A stretch of DNA of 64,000 nt, from NCBI GenBank assembly GCA_963976765.1, contig CAXBME010000006.1:1-64000 (forward strand), read 5' to 3'. The first letter of the stretch is position 1. The number at the start of each line of letters is the position of its first letter. Both the position numbers and the translations under genes were made by a program. The notes below the pieces were generated by a model. The model ran no database searches. It was not told the origin of the DNA and saw only the letters and a program-made list of their open reading frames with translations. Below are positions 28,344 through 38,555 of the stretch, in pieces. This stretch comes from an uncultured Planctomycetaceae bacterium. GTDB taxonomy: Bacteria; Planctomycetota; Planctomycetia; Planctomycetales; Planctomycetaceae.

Positions 28344-29015
28344 GTGATCGAGATAAGAAACGTCACAAAAACTCATGTCAAAGGACAGACCGAAGTTCAT
28401 GCTTTGCGAGGCGTGACCTGTTCGATTGAACGCGGAGTTTTCCACTTCATTCTGGGCCCATCCGGCAGCGGAAAAAGCAGCCTGCTGTACCTGATGGGTG
28501 CTCTTGACGAGCCAACATCCGGCGAGATTCTGTTTGAAGATCGCTCGCTTGCGGCTCTGTCGAATTCAGAACGCGACGCCTATCGCCGCGACGATGTCGG
28601 GTTCATCTTTCAAAGCTTCAACCTGCTGAACAACTTGGACGCTATCGATAACACGCTCGTACCTTACCTGCCTCTGGGAGTTTCGACCGAACTTCGAGAC
28701 CGAGCCGTTGAGATGCTCAAGCAGGTCGGACTCGGCGACCGACTCGACCATCGACCGCATCAACTTTCCGGAGGCGAACAACAACGCATCGCCATCGCAC
28801 GAGCATTGCTGAAGAAACCGAAGCTCGTCCTCGCCGACGAACCAACGGGCGAACTTGACTCCGCAACGGGAGCAGAAGTTTTTGGACTGCTGCGGAAACT
28901 GTGCGCCGAACGCGAAACAACCGTCGTGGTCGTCACCCACGACCACAGTTTTGTCGACCCGACCGACCGAATTCTGAGAATGAAAGACGGCCAGCTTCAG
29001 CAGCCCAACGAGTAG
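28344..29015 (+). CDS. ABC transporter ATP-binding protein (LolD/MacB-like)
   Basis: [30 protein letters not shown]. Confidence 0.93.
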   Translation: MIEIRNVTKTHVKGQTEVHALRGVTCSIERGVFHFILGPSGSGKSSLLYLMGALDEPTSGEILFEDRSLAALSNSERDAYRRDDVGFIFQSFNLLNNLDAIDNTLVPYLPLGVSTELRDRAVEMLKQVGLGDRLDHRPHQLSGGEQQRIAIARALLKKPKLVLADEPTGELDSATGAEVFGLLRKLCAERETTVVVVTHDHSFVDPTDRILRMKDGQLQQPNE

Positions 29016-29062
29016 GCTGGCGTTTTCAGACTGCGGTGAAACCGGTCAGAAATCGACGTTGA

Positions 29063-30133
29063 CTATCGAGTGGGTGATTGACGGTTGGGCAGGCTACCGC
29101 GACCTCGGGAAGGTGGTCCGCCAATGTGGTCGATCCTGCCGTCACCGTCGCGGTCTTCTCCGTACGGGACAACGCTGTCGAAATAGATGCCAAGTTTCGT
29201 GCCCTTCGAGACGTGGCTGGAGTAGACCTTTTTCTGTGTGGTCTTTGCGAATTCAGAGTTTGCGGCAAGAAGTGTGCTGACGATTTCTGAGTTGTTCGTG
29301 TCGAGCGGCAACTGACTCATTACGGTGCCGTCCATGCCAAACTCACCCGGTCGAATGACGACGAAACTCGGCTCAGCCTTCAAGCCTTTTATCTGCTTAT
29401 GCCAGTCGGTGGTCTCGTCGAAGTCGAAGTGAAATCTGCCGACGATGCTGTCGTTGTTGGTGACAGATTGCAGCGAAGTTCGCAGCTCATTCGTCCGGTC
29501 GGCGGGTCCGCTGACGACAACCAGAACTCGCTGATCAGCCGAGGCTACATTCAACGCCTGGCGGACACTGTGGAAATCCTGGACGATCGCCTGGCTGCCG
29601 TCTTTCTTATTCGGGTACTTCGCCGCGATGGTCTTCATCTGAATGACCGACGAGCGGTGTCCCAGAACCATTTCCGGCCCGCGTCCGGCTCGAGTCAGCC
29701 AGTCCTGACCGTTAGGAGCCAGCAGGCAGAACGCGCTGTTTTCGAAGCGACCGTCGAGGAACGTGCGGACGTATTCCTGGTGCTCTTTGGTTTCGTACGA
29801 GTCGATCCTCACACAAACGAAGTCACGTGAAGCATCAATAAAATCTTTGGACGCGAACAGACCGTTCTGCGTAGAGGTGTAGCCTGGTCAGAAAACGCCC
29901 GACACGCCGTGACACTGAGTGGCTGCGGCCACAAACATGATCGGTCGCCCGCTTCGTCTGGCTTCTGCCTGAGCGGTTTCCCAGGTCGTGTACCAGGCAA
30001 TGCCCGGCTCGCCGAGATCGAGCTTTGAAGCTCCAAGATCGCTCGGCCGAGGCCCACCCTGACCGCAGGCGACTCCGCTTGCAGTTGCCACAACGGCCAG
30101 CAACCACGTTGCCAATGTACTTTTCGTATTCAT
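29063..30133 (-). CDS. Putative secreted thioredoxin-like selenoprotein (in-frame TGA at 29888-29890), ~356 aa
   Basis: ORFs 29888..30196 and 29063..29812 share a frame and are separated only by TGA: ...TQCHGVSGVF*PGYTSTQNGLFASKDFIDASRDFVCVRIDSYE...; SECIS-like hairpin follows. Confidence 0.78.
29851..29872 (-). promoter_or_regulatory. Candidate bacterial SECIS element
   Basis: ACGC-A-GAAC GGUCU GUUC-GCGU; stem starts 15 nt and loop 24 nt after the UGA; loop begins GG. Confidence 0.65.
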
Positions 30134-30314
30134 TCTTCCCGGTCCATTCTTCAATACATTTCGGGCTCTGACTCGCAGATTCAATTCACGAACCACGACG
30201 TAACCGTGCGAAACGACCGCGTTCGCCAGAACTCTGAATTCCGTAACCGTTGCTGTAAGTCCACCCGGTCGTCGAAATTTCTCGTCGAAATTCTGAGCGG
30301 GCGGGAGCGTTGTG

Positions 30315-31883
30315 CTACTTCGGAATGCGGTTCAGCGTGTACCAGGCGTGAGGGTGGAGCAGTGGTTCGCCGTTGTGACTGCGGATTTTCGAGGCAACCA
30401 ACTCGTGAACGAAGAGGTCGCGAAGACCGTCGATGTGAAGGCGAACTCGCAGACCATCTTCTGAAACCGTTGCATTCTTAACTGTCAGATTTTGCTTCTG
30501 GATTTCGTCGCTGCCGTAGGTTGAATGGTAGAGGTACGTGTGGCTGCTCACTTCGCAGGACGAAGTTTCCATCGCACTCTGGCGGTCGACCGGCTTTGTG
30601 AAAACCAGCTCGAAGCCGTCGGGCATCGCTCGCATTTCCTGAATTTCGAACGGCACTTTGCCCGTCCAGACGAGCCGTTGCAGACCGTACGAAGCTGTAC
30701 CCAGGCTGCTCCATCCTCGATTCGTCAGGCCAACGAAAACGCTGCCGTCGGTCCCCTGAGCCATTCGCAGCACGGCAGAGGCGAAACGCGATCGGAACGG
30801 AAAGCAGGCTCCCTGGTACTCGCCGTCGACCTTTTCCAGGAAGACTCGGTGCATGGCTGCCTGAGTAAACTCGCCGATGAACAACTGCCCGGCGAATGGT
30901 CCAAACTGACCGTCGCTCTCGTCGAGCATAATGTCCGTCGCGGACTGCCCTGCTTTCTTATAGGGAAACCAGACCGCCGGTGGCCGAAGCTGAGGAAACT
31001 GTTTCATTGCTTCGGGGTAGGACAACCCGCCAGCTACTTTCTTCACGTTGCGAATCGGTGAGCCTTCTTCATTCATTGAGGCCAGCGCCTCGACGTGATG
31101 GAAGAACGCGCCCTCGCGCATGTGGTGCAGGGAGTTGGTCGCGACCCAGTTACCCTGTTGATCAGTGTAAAACATATCGCCTTCGGCATTGGCGCCGATT
31201 CCGCTGGGAGATCTCATGCCCGCACAGACCGGCACGAGTTCACCATCCGGCGAAACTTTCATTCCCCAGCCGCGCCAGCGACCCTGTCGATAGCCGAGAA
31301 TCGGATCCTTAATCGTTCGATCCAGCTCAGCCCCTTTCAGCCCCATTCCGATATTCAGCGTCAACCACAAGTTGCCGTCGCGGTCGAGTTTCGGTCCGTA
31401 GGCGTACTCGTGATACCCGCCTGTGACCCCCCAGCCTTTGGCGACGGTCAGGTATTCGTCGGCTTCACCGTTTCCGTCCGTATCGCGGATTCTTGTCAGC
31501 TCGCTGCGTTGAGCAGTGTAAAACGCGTCGCCGTGCTTGAGTAATCCGAGCGGTTCGTGCAGCGCCGACGCAAAACGTCGATAGGTCACGTCCTTTGGCG
31601 GTTCGTCGTAAACTCCATCAAGAATCCAGATTTCTCCTTTGCGAATGGCAACGGCCACACGGCGATCATCAAGAACGGTCAAACCACTGACTTCCAGGGC
31701 GAGTCCGTCAGGTGCCGGCTTCCAGTTCTTCGCTCGCGACGATGTGCTGGTCTCGGCGACGTCCACCGAGACCAGCCGGTAGTAGTCATTTTCGTCGGCG
31801 AAGTCGTCGGCAACGGCGTTCGCAGCGACGACAGTCATCAGCCAGCAGAACAGTGCGGCCAGCAGAGTGTTTCGATTTACCAT
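30315..31883 (-). CDS. Secreted PVC-type beta-propeller (glucose/sorbosone dehydrogenase-like) protein
   Basis: Signal peptide; LHEPLG, DTDGNGEAD, YHEYAYGP, GMRSPSG, YTDQQG, YQGACFPF. Confidence 0.75.
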   Translation of the reverse strand: MVNRNTLLAALFCWLMTVVAANAVADDFADENDYYRLVSVDVAETSTSSRAKNWKPAPDGLALEVSGLTVLDDRRVAVAIRKGEIWILDGVYDEPPKDVTYRRFASALHEPLGLLKHGDAFYTAQRSELTRIRDTDGNGEADEYLTVAKGWGVTGGYHEYAYGPKLDRDGNLWLTLNIGMGLKGAELDRTIKDPILGYRQGRWRGWGMKVSPDGELVPVCAGMRSPSGIGANAEGDMFYTDQQGNWVATNSLHHMREGAFFHHVEALASMNEEGSPIRNVKKVAGGLSYPEAMKQFPQLRPPAVWFPYKKAGQSATDIMLDESDGQFGPFAGQLFIGEFTQAAMHRVFLEKVDGEYQGACFPFRSRFASAVLRMAQGTDGSVFVGLTNRGWSSLGTASYGLQRLVWTGKVPFEIQEMRAMPDGFELVFTKPVDRQSAMETSSCEVSSHTYLYHSTYGSDEIQKQNLTVKNATVSEDGLRVRLHIDGLRDLFVHELVASKIRSHNGEPLLHPHAWYTLNRIPK

Positions 31884-34330
31884 TGGTATCGCACCTCGAT
31901 CATTTCCTTCTGCTCGACCTTCAGCGGAACAATCCAGTGAGTCCCGGCTTCTCGCGTCTCCATTTTCCCAGCATGTTTCAGTCCCTTCGGCACGCTTATT
32001 GAGACTCCCACATCGTTTGTGTAAGCAAACGGTCCATCGTGTTTCAAAGACTTGCCGAAGTGCCCACGGAGCCACAACGTCGCTGGCGGTTCTTCCCGGG
32101 TCCGATCGGTGATCGACAACCGGCGGACCAGAGTTCTGTCAGCATCCGGCCTGATCCGATCTTCAATGTCGAAGCGACCATACCGGTAGAGGAACGTCGG
32201 CACTCCCGACTTGTCCACGCGATATCCCTGAAATCGATAGCCCGCTTTCTTCGCATCAAAATTCGGTTCCGAAAGTTCGTTGCCTTTTCCCGAGGACTCA
32301 TTGAGCAGGACGAAAGGCACACCGGGCGGGAAACTGACCTGCTCCTCTCCGAGCGGGTCAGCTGGCGGAGCGAACCTCACGAACCAGGTTCCCTGCGCAT
32401 CGAGAAACCGCCCTTGCCACGCAGCGGCCAGCCGGACCTGTTCGGCGTCAAAGGCGAAGTGGACCTGTTCGGGAAACCCGACGGCGATGGCGTGTGTGCC
32501 GGCTTCTTTCATAAAGGTTCTCAGCACAATCGGTCGGTCCTTCGGAATCAGCTCGTAGCTCTGCGACCTCGCCTTCTGAATCTTCGGCGGCAACTCAAGC
32601 CTGTCTGCATTTTTGAGGTACGCCCACATCGCCGCGACCTGTCGATCTGCGTTGCCGTCCAGAATTGCCGGGTTCTGGCTCTTGCCATTCGGGAAGAAAG
32701 TCGGCATCCGGGTTCGCGGTTTCAGCTTTCCGGGATCAAGCAGAAAGTCGTGAAACCACTGAGGCTGCACGCGAGCGGCGATTCCTTCCAGGTCCGTTCC
32801 GACGACGCCGGGAAGAGCATCTCCACGCAGCGGGTGGCACTGCACGCAGCCCGTGTCGAGCAGCTGTCGCCCGTCCTCGGCCAGTTTGCTGACGTCTCCG
32901 AAAACGTCTTTCCCGGATGCTGATTTCCTCGACTCCTGATCCGCCTGTGCCAGCCATGTCGGCAGCGACTTGACCTGATCGTCAGTAAACAGTGGCATGC
33001 GAATTCGCAGGTGAGGCCGAACGTCGCCCGTTCCTTTCAGGACACGAGTCAGCCAGCCGGGTTGCAATTTCTGACCAACAGCAGTCAGCGGTGGCGGCAG
33101 TCGCCCTTCGTCACCAATGTCGACATGACCAACCGTTTCAAAGTACGGACGGCGATATCGACCCACTCCGCCCTTACCGTCCCGCTCGTGACAGGCCAGG
33201 CAGTTCAGTTTCAACATCGCAAACTCAGACTGCTGTTTTGGAAGCGGGTCTCGCTGGTTCGAATCGTTTTCGCGATTCTCCTTCAGCGCTGATTTCAACG
33301 TCTCCGCCTGAAAGCTGTCCAGAGGGAAATGCGGAAGGCCCGCCTGCACTGAGCCGACACAACTTCGCGGCGTCGCCATCGTCAGATCGACCAGTGGCTT
33401 CGACATCTTTGGCGCGGCGACACCGTTAACCGAGTGGCAGTTTGAGCATCCGAGTTCGCGGAAAAGCTGGCGACCAGTTTGAATGACATCCTCACTGAAT
33501 GTCAGTTGCTGCTTATTCGGAACAATCTCCGAACCGCCGTCTTTCAGAAGCCAGGCCGCGATGTCTGCCGCCTCGACAACACCCAGTTTAAGATTCGGCA
33601 TGCGCCCGCCAGCTCGCGTTCTGTGTGGATCGAGCAGAAAATACGTCAGCGACTGCGGTGAGTATTTGGCAACAAGGTTGCCATGTGGCACAGAGGGAAC
33701 GCGGCGGGTCGCGGCGGAGAGTCCCAGTTCCCTGAGTTCGTCTTCGTCGAGCTGCTCAATCAACTGGTCGAGCGGCGACGGCTTCGTCTCAACCGTTTCG
33801 TAATCGTCGTCAGGTTTGTGGCAGGCCACACAGCCAACCTGATGGTAGAGCCGTCGCCCCTGGTCGGCATCGCCCTGCTTCCAGAATTCGAAGGGAACTC
33901 CTCGGGCACCCGTTCCCTTGATGTCTGGAAATGGTTCGTGGAGCGACGACAGGAACGCTGCCAACGCGTGTGCGGCAGCACCTCGTTCAGCTTCGGGAAG
34001 ACTCGCCAGCACATCGGGCATCGTCGTTCCGGGTTTTGCCTGTTGCGGTGCTGTGAGAAACTCCGCCAGCCAATTGTGTCTGAATCGGCTACCCGCACCG
34101 TCGAGCCGTGGTCCGAGTTTCGGTTTCAGGTCGTTCGAATTCGAAGTGTGGCACGCCGTGCAGCTCAACTCGGAAAGTAACAGTCGTCCGGCGACGGCTT
34201 CATCAACATCCCGATGCCGGGCAAATCGTTCGAAACCAGCGACAAACGGAACGGCAACCGACTGAGCAACAACCGGCCCGTTCAGCACAACTACCAGCCA
34301 GGCAAACTGCCACCACGTGAAACTCCGCAT
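31877..34330 (-). CDS. Multihaem c-type cytochrome (five CxxCH)
   Basis: CTACH, CVACH, CSNCH, CLACH, CVQCH with repeated PGTxMP/RMP Met-ligand motifs; signal peptide. Confidence 0.88.
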   Translation of the reverse strand: MRSFTWWQFAWLVVVLNGPVVAQSVAVPFVAGFERFARHRDVDEAVAGRLLLSELSCTACHTSNSNDLKPKLGPRLDGAGSRFRHNWLAEFLTAPQQAKPGTTMPDVLASLPEAERGAAAHALAAFLSSLHEPFPDIKGTGARGVPFEFWKQGDADQGRRLYHQVGCVACHKPDDDYETVETKPSPLDQLIEQLDEDELRELGLSAATRRVPSVPHGNLVAKYSPQSLTYFLLDPHRTRAGGRMPNLKLGVVEAADIAAWLLKDGGSEIVPNKQQLTFSEDVIQTGRQLFRELGCSNCHSVNGVAAPKMSKPLVDLTMATPRSCVGSVQAGLPHFPLDSFQAETLKSALKENRENDSNQRDPLPKQQSEFAMLKLNCLACHERDGKGGVGRYRRPYFETVGHVDIGDEGRLPPPLTAVGQKLQPGWLTRVLKGTGDVRPHLRIRMPLFTDDQVKSLPTWLAQADQESRKSASGKDVFGDVSKLAEDGRQLLDTGCVQCHPLRGDALPGVVGTDLEGIAARVQPQWFHDFLLDPGKLKPRTRMPTFFPNGKSQNPAILDGNADRQVAAMWAYLKNADRLELPPKIQKARSQSYELIPKDRPIVLRTFMKEAGTHAIAVGFPEQVHFAFDAEQVRLAAAWQGRFLDAQGTWFVRFAPPADPLGEEQVSFPPGVPFVLLNESSGKGNELSEPNFDAKKAGYRFQGYRVDKSGVPTFLYRYGRFDIEDRIRPDADRTLVRRLSITDRTREEPPATLWLRGHFGKSLKHDGPFAYTNDVGVSISVPKGLKHAGKMETREAGTHWIVPLKVEQKEMIEVRYQW

Positions 34331-34575
34331 GTCCGATTCCTGACGTACTAAAACGCACGAGGGTTTAGAGTTGGATTAGCCGCAGAGTGCGGCGAGACGC
34401 AGCCAGCAGATTTTCTGCATCACGGCCTTCCACGAAACGATAGAGTTTTCGGGCAAACGGAGCGACGACTCAGCACGAACTTTATGGCAGAGGACGTGCC
34501 GAACTAAAGTTCTTCGACCATACTTCCCACTCAGAAAAAAATTACCTCTACGTTCGCGACGATCAGGAGTCCCCC

Positions 34576-35334
34576 ATGAATCGACTTTCGTTTGCTTTGA
34601 CCATCTGTGTTGCCGCCGTCTGGAATCTGAACTCGCTGTCGGCTGCCGACGACAAGGTTCCAGAACCTGACCTCGTGTTTCTCCTGATCGGACAATCAAA
34701 CATGGCCGGTCGCGCCGCATTAGAAGACGGCGACGAAAAACCGATCGCCAACGTGCTTCTGCTTGACGACAAAGGAAAATGGATTCCGGCGACGAATCCG
34801 CTGAACCGGTTCGCGACGGATCGCAAAGTGCTCAGCATGCAGCGGATCAGTCCCGGAGCCGGCTTCGCTCACGAGATGTCTGCAAAACTGCCCGGCACAA
34901 CGATTGGGCTCATTCATAACGCAAGAGGTGGGACAAAGATCGAACAATGGGGCAAAGGGCAGAACCTTTACGTTCACACAATCAAGCGTCTGTCAACAAT
35001 CAGGAATCTGAAAATCGACGGCGTGTTGTGGCACCAGGGCGAAGGCAACCGCAGTGACACATCTTATCTCGAAAAGCTGACGGACCTCGTTGCCCGCCTG
35101 CGTGCAGACTTGAAGAATCCAGATCTCTGCTTCGTCGCTGGAGAAATCTACGGCGAAGCAATCGTGAACGACCAGATGGCAAAGCTCGCCGAGACCGTTC
35201 CCAACACCGGACTGGCGAAGGCCAACGAGTTGACGGTTTTCGACAACGTCCATTTTGATCGAAAGAGCCAGCTGATTCTGGGAAAACGCTACGCCAGCGA
35301 GATGCTCAGACTCCTCAAAGCAGATGGCCAATAG
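34576..35334 (+). CDS. Sialate O-acetylesterase / SASA (SGNH) carbohydrate esterase
   Basis: GQSNMAGR, ARGGT, LWHQGE, DNVHFD; signal peptide. Confidence 0.9.
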   Translation: MNRLSFALTICVAAVWNLNSLSAADDKVPEPDLVFLLIGQSNMAGRAALEDGDEKPIANVLLLDDKGKWIPATNPLNRFATDRKVLSMQRISPGAGFAHEMSAKLPGTTIGLIHNARGGTKIEQWGKGQNLYVHTIKRLSTIRNLKIDGVLWHQGEGNRSDTSYLEKLTDLVARLRADLKNPDLCFVAGEIYGEAIVNDQMAKLAETVPNTGLAKANELTVFDNVHFDRKSQLILGKRYASEMLRLLKADGQ

Positions 35335-35460
35335 GAAACGCGTGAGAAATTCAGCATTGTCAGATCGGGAAGTTCTTTCCAGCCCGTTCCTCACGCTGTC
35401 GGTTCGGCCAGCGCGGACGTAATGTACCGGTGCGAATCATCCCCCTCATCAACCGAGCCC

Positions 35461-37599
35461 ATGCCGAAATTCGATCAATCATCGCTGAGTCAGACGCCTC
35501 GCCAGACGGACGAGCAGCTTGAGCGATCGCGGTTATTGAGTGAGCGTGCTCCTGGCAACGCAGAATTGAAAGTGCCAGGCTTCTCACTGATTGAGCGACT
35601 GGGTGAAGGAGCATATGGCGAAGTCTGGCTGGCTCGCGAAGACAAGACCGGCAAGCTGGTCGCCATCAAGTTTTACACTCACCGTCGAGGTCTTGACTGG
35701 TCGCTGCTCAACCGGGAAGTCGAAAAACTCGCGCTGCTCTACACGTCGCGAAACATCGTCAGGCTGATCGACGTCGGCTGGCAAAGCGACCCGCCTCATT
35801 ACGTAATGGAGTATCTTGAGCGAGGCTCGCTGGAAACCCTCCTGAAGGAAGGACGACCGGAGCCTGAAGAAGCCGTACGAATCATTCGCTCAGTCTGTCA
35901 GGCACTCGTCCACGCTCATGGACGAGGCGTTCTGCACTGTGACCTGAAACCGGCGAATGTGCTGCTCGATTCAGACCTCGAACCGCGGTTGTGTGACTTC
36001 GGTCAGTCGCGACTCTCGCATGAACAGAACCCGGCGCTTGGAACGTTGTTTTACATGGCGCCCGAGCAGGCCAGTCTGGACTCGGTCCCGGACGCCCGGT
36101 GGGACGTTTACGCGCTGGGTGCTTTGCTCTTCCAACTGCTGACAGGCTACCCACCATATCGCACCCCGAAGAACGAGACGCTGCTCAAAGATACTACGAC
36201 GCTGGAAGTGCGTCTGCAGACGTACCGCGAGATTGTGACCACCAGTCCGAGACCGCGCGAGCATCACCGAGTTGCCGGCGCTGATCGACGTCTGGTCGAG
36301 ATTGTCGACCGCTGCCTGCACCTTGATCCGGAACGCCGCTACTCAAACGCGCAGGCCGTACTCGACGTGCTCTACATCCGCGAACGCCAGCGGCGAGTTC
36401 AACCTCTCGTCGCGATGGGCGGAATCGGCCCGGCTGTTATTCTGCTGGCGATGTTCCTGTTTGCGTCGAGGTCGATTCAAAGTGCTGTCACCACAACGAG
36501 CGACAACCTGACCGCGCGAGCACTGGAAAGCGACGTCATTTCGGTCACGATTCTGGCATCGGGCGTCGAGAAGGAACTTCAGGACCGACTCGACGAGCTG
36601 ATCGAAATCGCGTCTGATTTGAAACTGCGAACTGCTCTCGAACACGCGGAATCCACAGACTGGACCGATCGTCAATCGTTTCAGAAGATCCTCGACGAAA
36701 CTCGCGGAAGCGTTGATGATCGTCGTCAGAAAAGGAAACGGCAACTCGATACAAGCTGGTTCTTCGTCGATACCAACGGTTTTCAACGATGGAGAAACCG
36801 CTTCGACCCGGCAGTTATCGACAAGGATTTTTCATACCGGGACTACTTCCACGGACACAGCATCGAGTACGAACGAGGCAAGGCTCCGGAAGGCACCGGC
36901 CCGATTCAGCAACCCTACATCTCGCTGCCTTTCGAATCGAAGTCAACGTTTCGAAACATGGTCGCACTGTCAGTCCCCGTCTGGGATCAGGCGGGCAAGC
37001 GAGTCATCGGCGTTCTGGCTCGGACGACTCACCTGGAGCAGCTGCTTTCGCAGTATCGCGGCAGTATCAAAGGCAGCAACGGAGTTGCTCGAACAATCGC
37101 GCTGGCTGACAACCGCAACGGACGACTGCTCGACCATTCGCGACTCGCCAGTCTCGACCCCGACGTTGCGGCCTCTGAAGAACCGCCGGAACGTTCGGAT
37201 TCAAAACTGGAATTGACCGAGAATGTCGCGATCCCTGAAGAAACGTTGCAGCGAATCCGATCCGCCGGAAGTGAAGCGGTTCGACTGGAACATTACTCAG
37301 ACCCGCTGCAGAAGATTGACCCCGACGGCTCAAGTGGCGAGTGGCTTGCCGCTTTTTCATCCGTCGGAGAAACCGACTGGACGGCGATTGTTCAGGAACG
37401 CCGATCGGATGTCTTACGACCAGTCTTTGAACTGCAAACGACCTTGCGAACCTACGCCTGGATCGCGTTTGGAATTGCCGGAACCGTCGTGGCTGTTTCC
37501 TGGTACCTCGTTCTGAAATCCATCAACGAGCGAGGGATCCGTCACTGGTCGCGGCCAGCTCGTCGCCACCCGCAAGCATCGGATACTTCCTCGTCTTAG
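35461..37599 (+). CDS. Ser/Thr protein kinase with TM-flanked Cache-like sensor domain
   Basis: LGEGAYGEV, VAIK, HCDLKPAN, DFG, YMAPEQ, DVYALG; TM; FSYRDYF..PYIS..VALSVPV; second TM. Confidence 0.9.
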   Translation: MPKFDQSSLSQTPRQTDEQLERSRLLSERAPGNAELKVPGFSLIERLGEGAYGEVWLAREDKTGKLVAIKFYTHRRGLDWSLLNREVEKLALLYTSRNIVRLIDVGWQSDPPHYVMEYLERGSLETLLKEGRPEPEEAVRIIRSVCQALVHAHGRGVLHCDLKPANVLLDSDLEPRLCDFGQSRLSHEQNPALGTLFYMAPEQASLDSVPDARWDVYALGALLFQLLTGYPPYRTPKNETLLKDTTTLEVRLQTYREIVTTSPRPREHHRVAGADRRLVEIVDRCLHLDPERRYSNAQAVLDVLYIRERQRRVQPLVAMGGIGPAVILLAMFLFASRSIQSAVTTTSDNLTARALESDVISVTILASGVEKELQDRLDELIEIASDLKLRTALEHAESTDWTDRQSFQKILDETRGSVDDRRQKRKRQLDTSWFFVDTNGFQRWRNRFDPAVIDKDFSYRDYFHGHSIEYERGKAPEGTGPIQQPYISLPFESKSTFRNMVALSVPVWDQAGKRVIGVLARTTHLEQLLSQYRGSIKGSNGVARTIALADNRNGRLLDHSRLASLDPDVAASEEPPERSDSKLELTENVAIPEETLQRIRSAGSEAVRLEHYSDPLQKIDPDGSSGEWLAAFSSVGETDWTAIVQERRSDVLRPVFELQTTLRTYAWIAFGIAGTVVAVSWYLVLKSINERGIRHWSRPARRHPQASDTSSS

Positions 37600-37609
37600 A
37601 TCGCACCGC

Positions 37610-38551
37610 ATGAATTCCGAGCCACGCTCGAATCAGCCGTTAACCGTGTCGTCCGTTCTGTTGACGATGTTGACGGTCGTTCTATGGGCAGGTACGCCGA
37701 CAGCTGTTCGATTTTCGACAGACCTCGTGCCGCCAGTTTCAGTGGCGGGTTTACGATTCGCAGTCGCGATTGTGTTCATGTTTTTCTGGTCGCTGACTCA
37801 CGGCACCAGTTTGAAGCTGACGTGGCGTGAACTTCGCAAGCCGCTGATCGGTGGTATTCTGCTGTTCTTTCAGATTGGCACTTTCACGCTTGGAATCTAT
37901 CGGTCCAACGCGTCGCACGGAACGATTTTCATTAACACGTTTATCTTCTGGCTGGTCGCGATTGACCACTTCTTCACGAAGGCAGAACGGCTGTCGATTC
38001 GACCGATCATCGGTCTGATTCTGGCAGCGTTCGGAGTCGGTTTGATTCTGGCGACAACCGCCCAGCCCGGCACGACCACCGTTCTGGAAGGTGCATCGCT
38101 GGATGGTGACTTACTGCTGATGCTGAGCGCCATGATTCTTGCCGTGAAGGTTGCATACACAAAATACTCTGTCGGCAGCATTCACCCCGACAGTTTCGTT
38201 TTCTGGCACGCCGTCTTCGGAACCGTGCTGTTTGCCTGCTGGGGCTTCACGGTGGAAGGGTTTCGCTTTTCGATTCTCGCCGACCTCAATGATGAAACGA
38301 CGCAGGCAGCACTGGCTGGTATTGCCTACCAGGGAATCGCTGTCGCGGGCTTGTGTTTTGCGATTCAGGCTCGGCTGCTTCGCAAACATTCCGCGTCAAA
38401 GATTGCGGTCTTCAGTTTTGCAACGCCGTTGTTTGGTATTCTGTTCGCCGTTCTGCTGCGAGGCGATCCGGTCTCACCGTGGCTGTTCGTTTCTGGAGTC
38501 GCCGTGGCCAGTGGGATTCTACTGGTCAACCTGAAACCTTCCGTACGATAG
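37610..38551 (+). CDS. DMT/EamA family transporter
   Basis: About ten TM segments; GLRF, FATPLFGILFA. Confidence 0.88.
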   Translation: MNSEPRSNQPLTVSSVLLTMLTVVLWAGTPTAVRFSTDLVPPVSVAGLRFAVAIVFMFFWSLTHGTSLKLTWRELRKPLIGGILLFFQIGTFTLGIYRSNASHGTIFINTFIFWLVAIDHFFTKAERLSIRPIIGLILAAFGVGLILATTAQPGTTTVLEGASLDGDLLLMLSAMILAVKVAYTKYSVGSIHPDSFVFWHAVFGTVLFACWGFTVEGFRFSILADLNDETTQAALAGIAYQGIAVAGLCFAIQARLLRKHSASKIAVFSFATPLFGILFAVLLRGDPVSPWLFVSGVAVASGILLVNLKPSVR

Positions 38552-38555
38552 TTTC

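Noticed and set aside
28344..29015. ABC ATPase with no adjacent permease
   Set aside because: Scattered operons are common in this group; not informative alone
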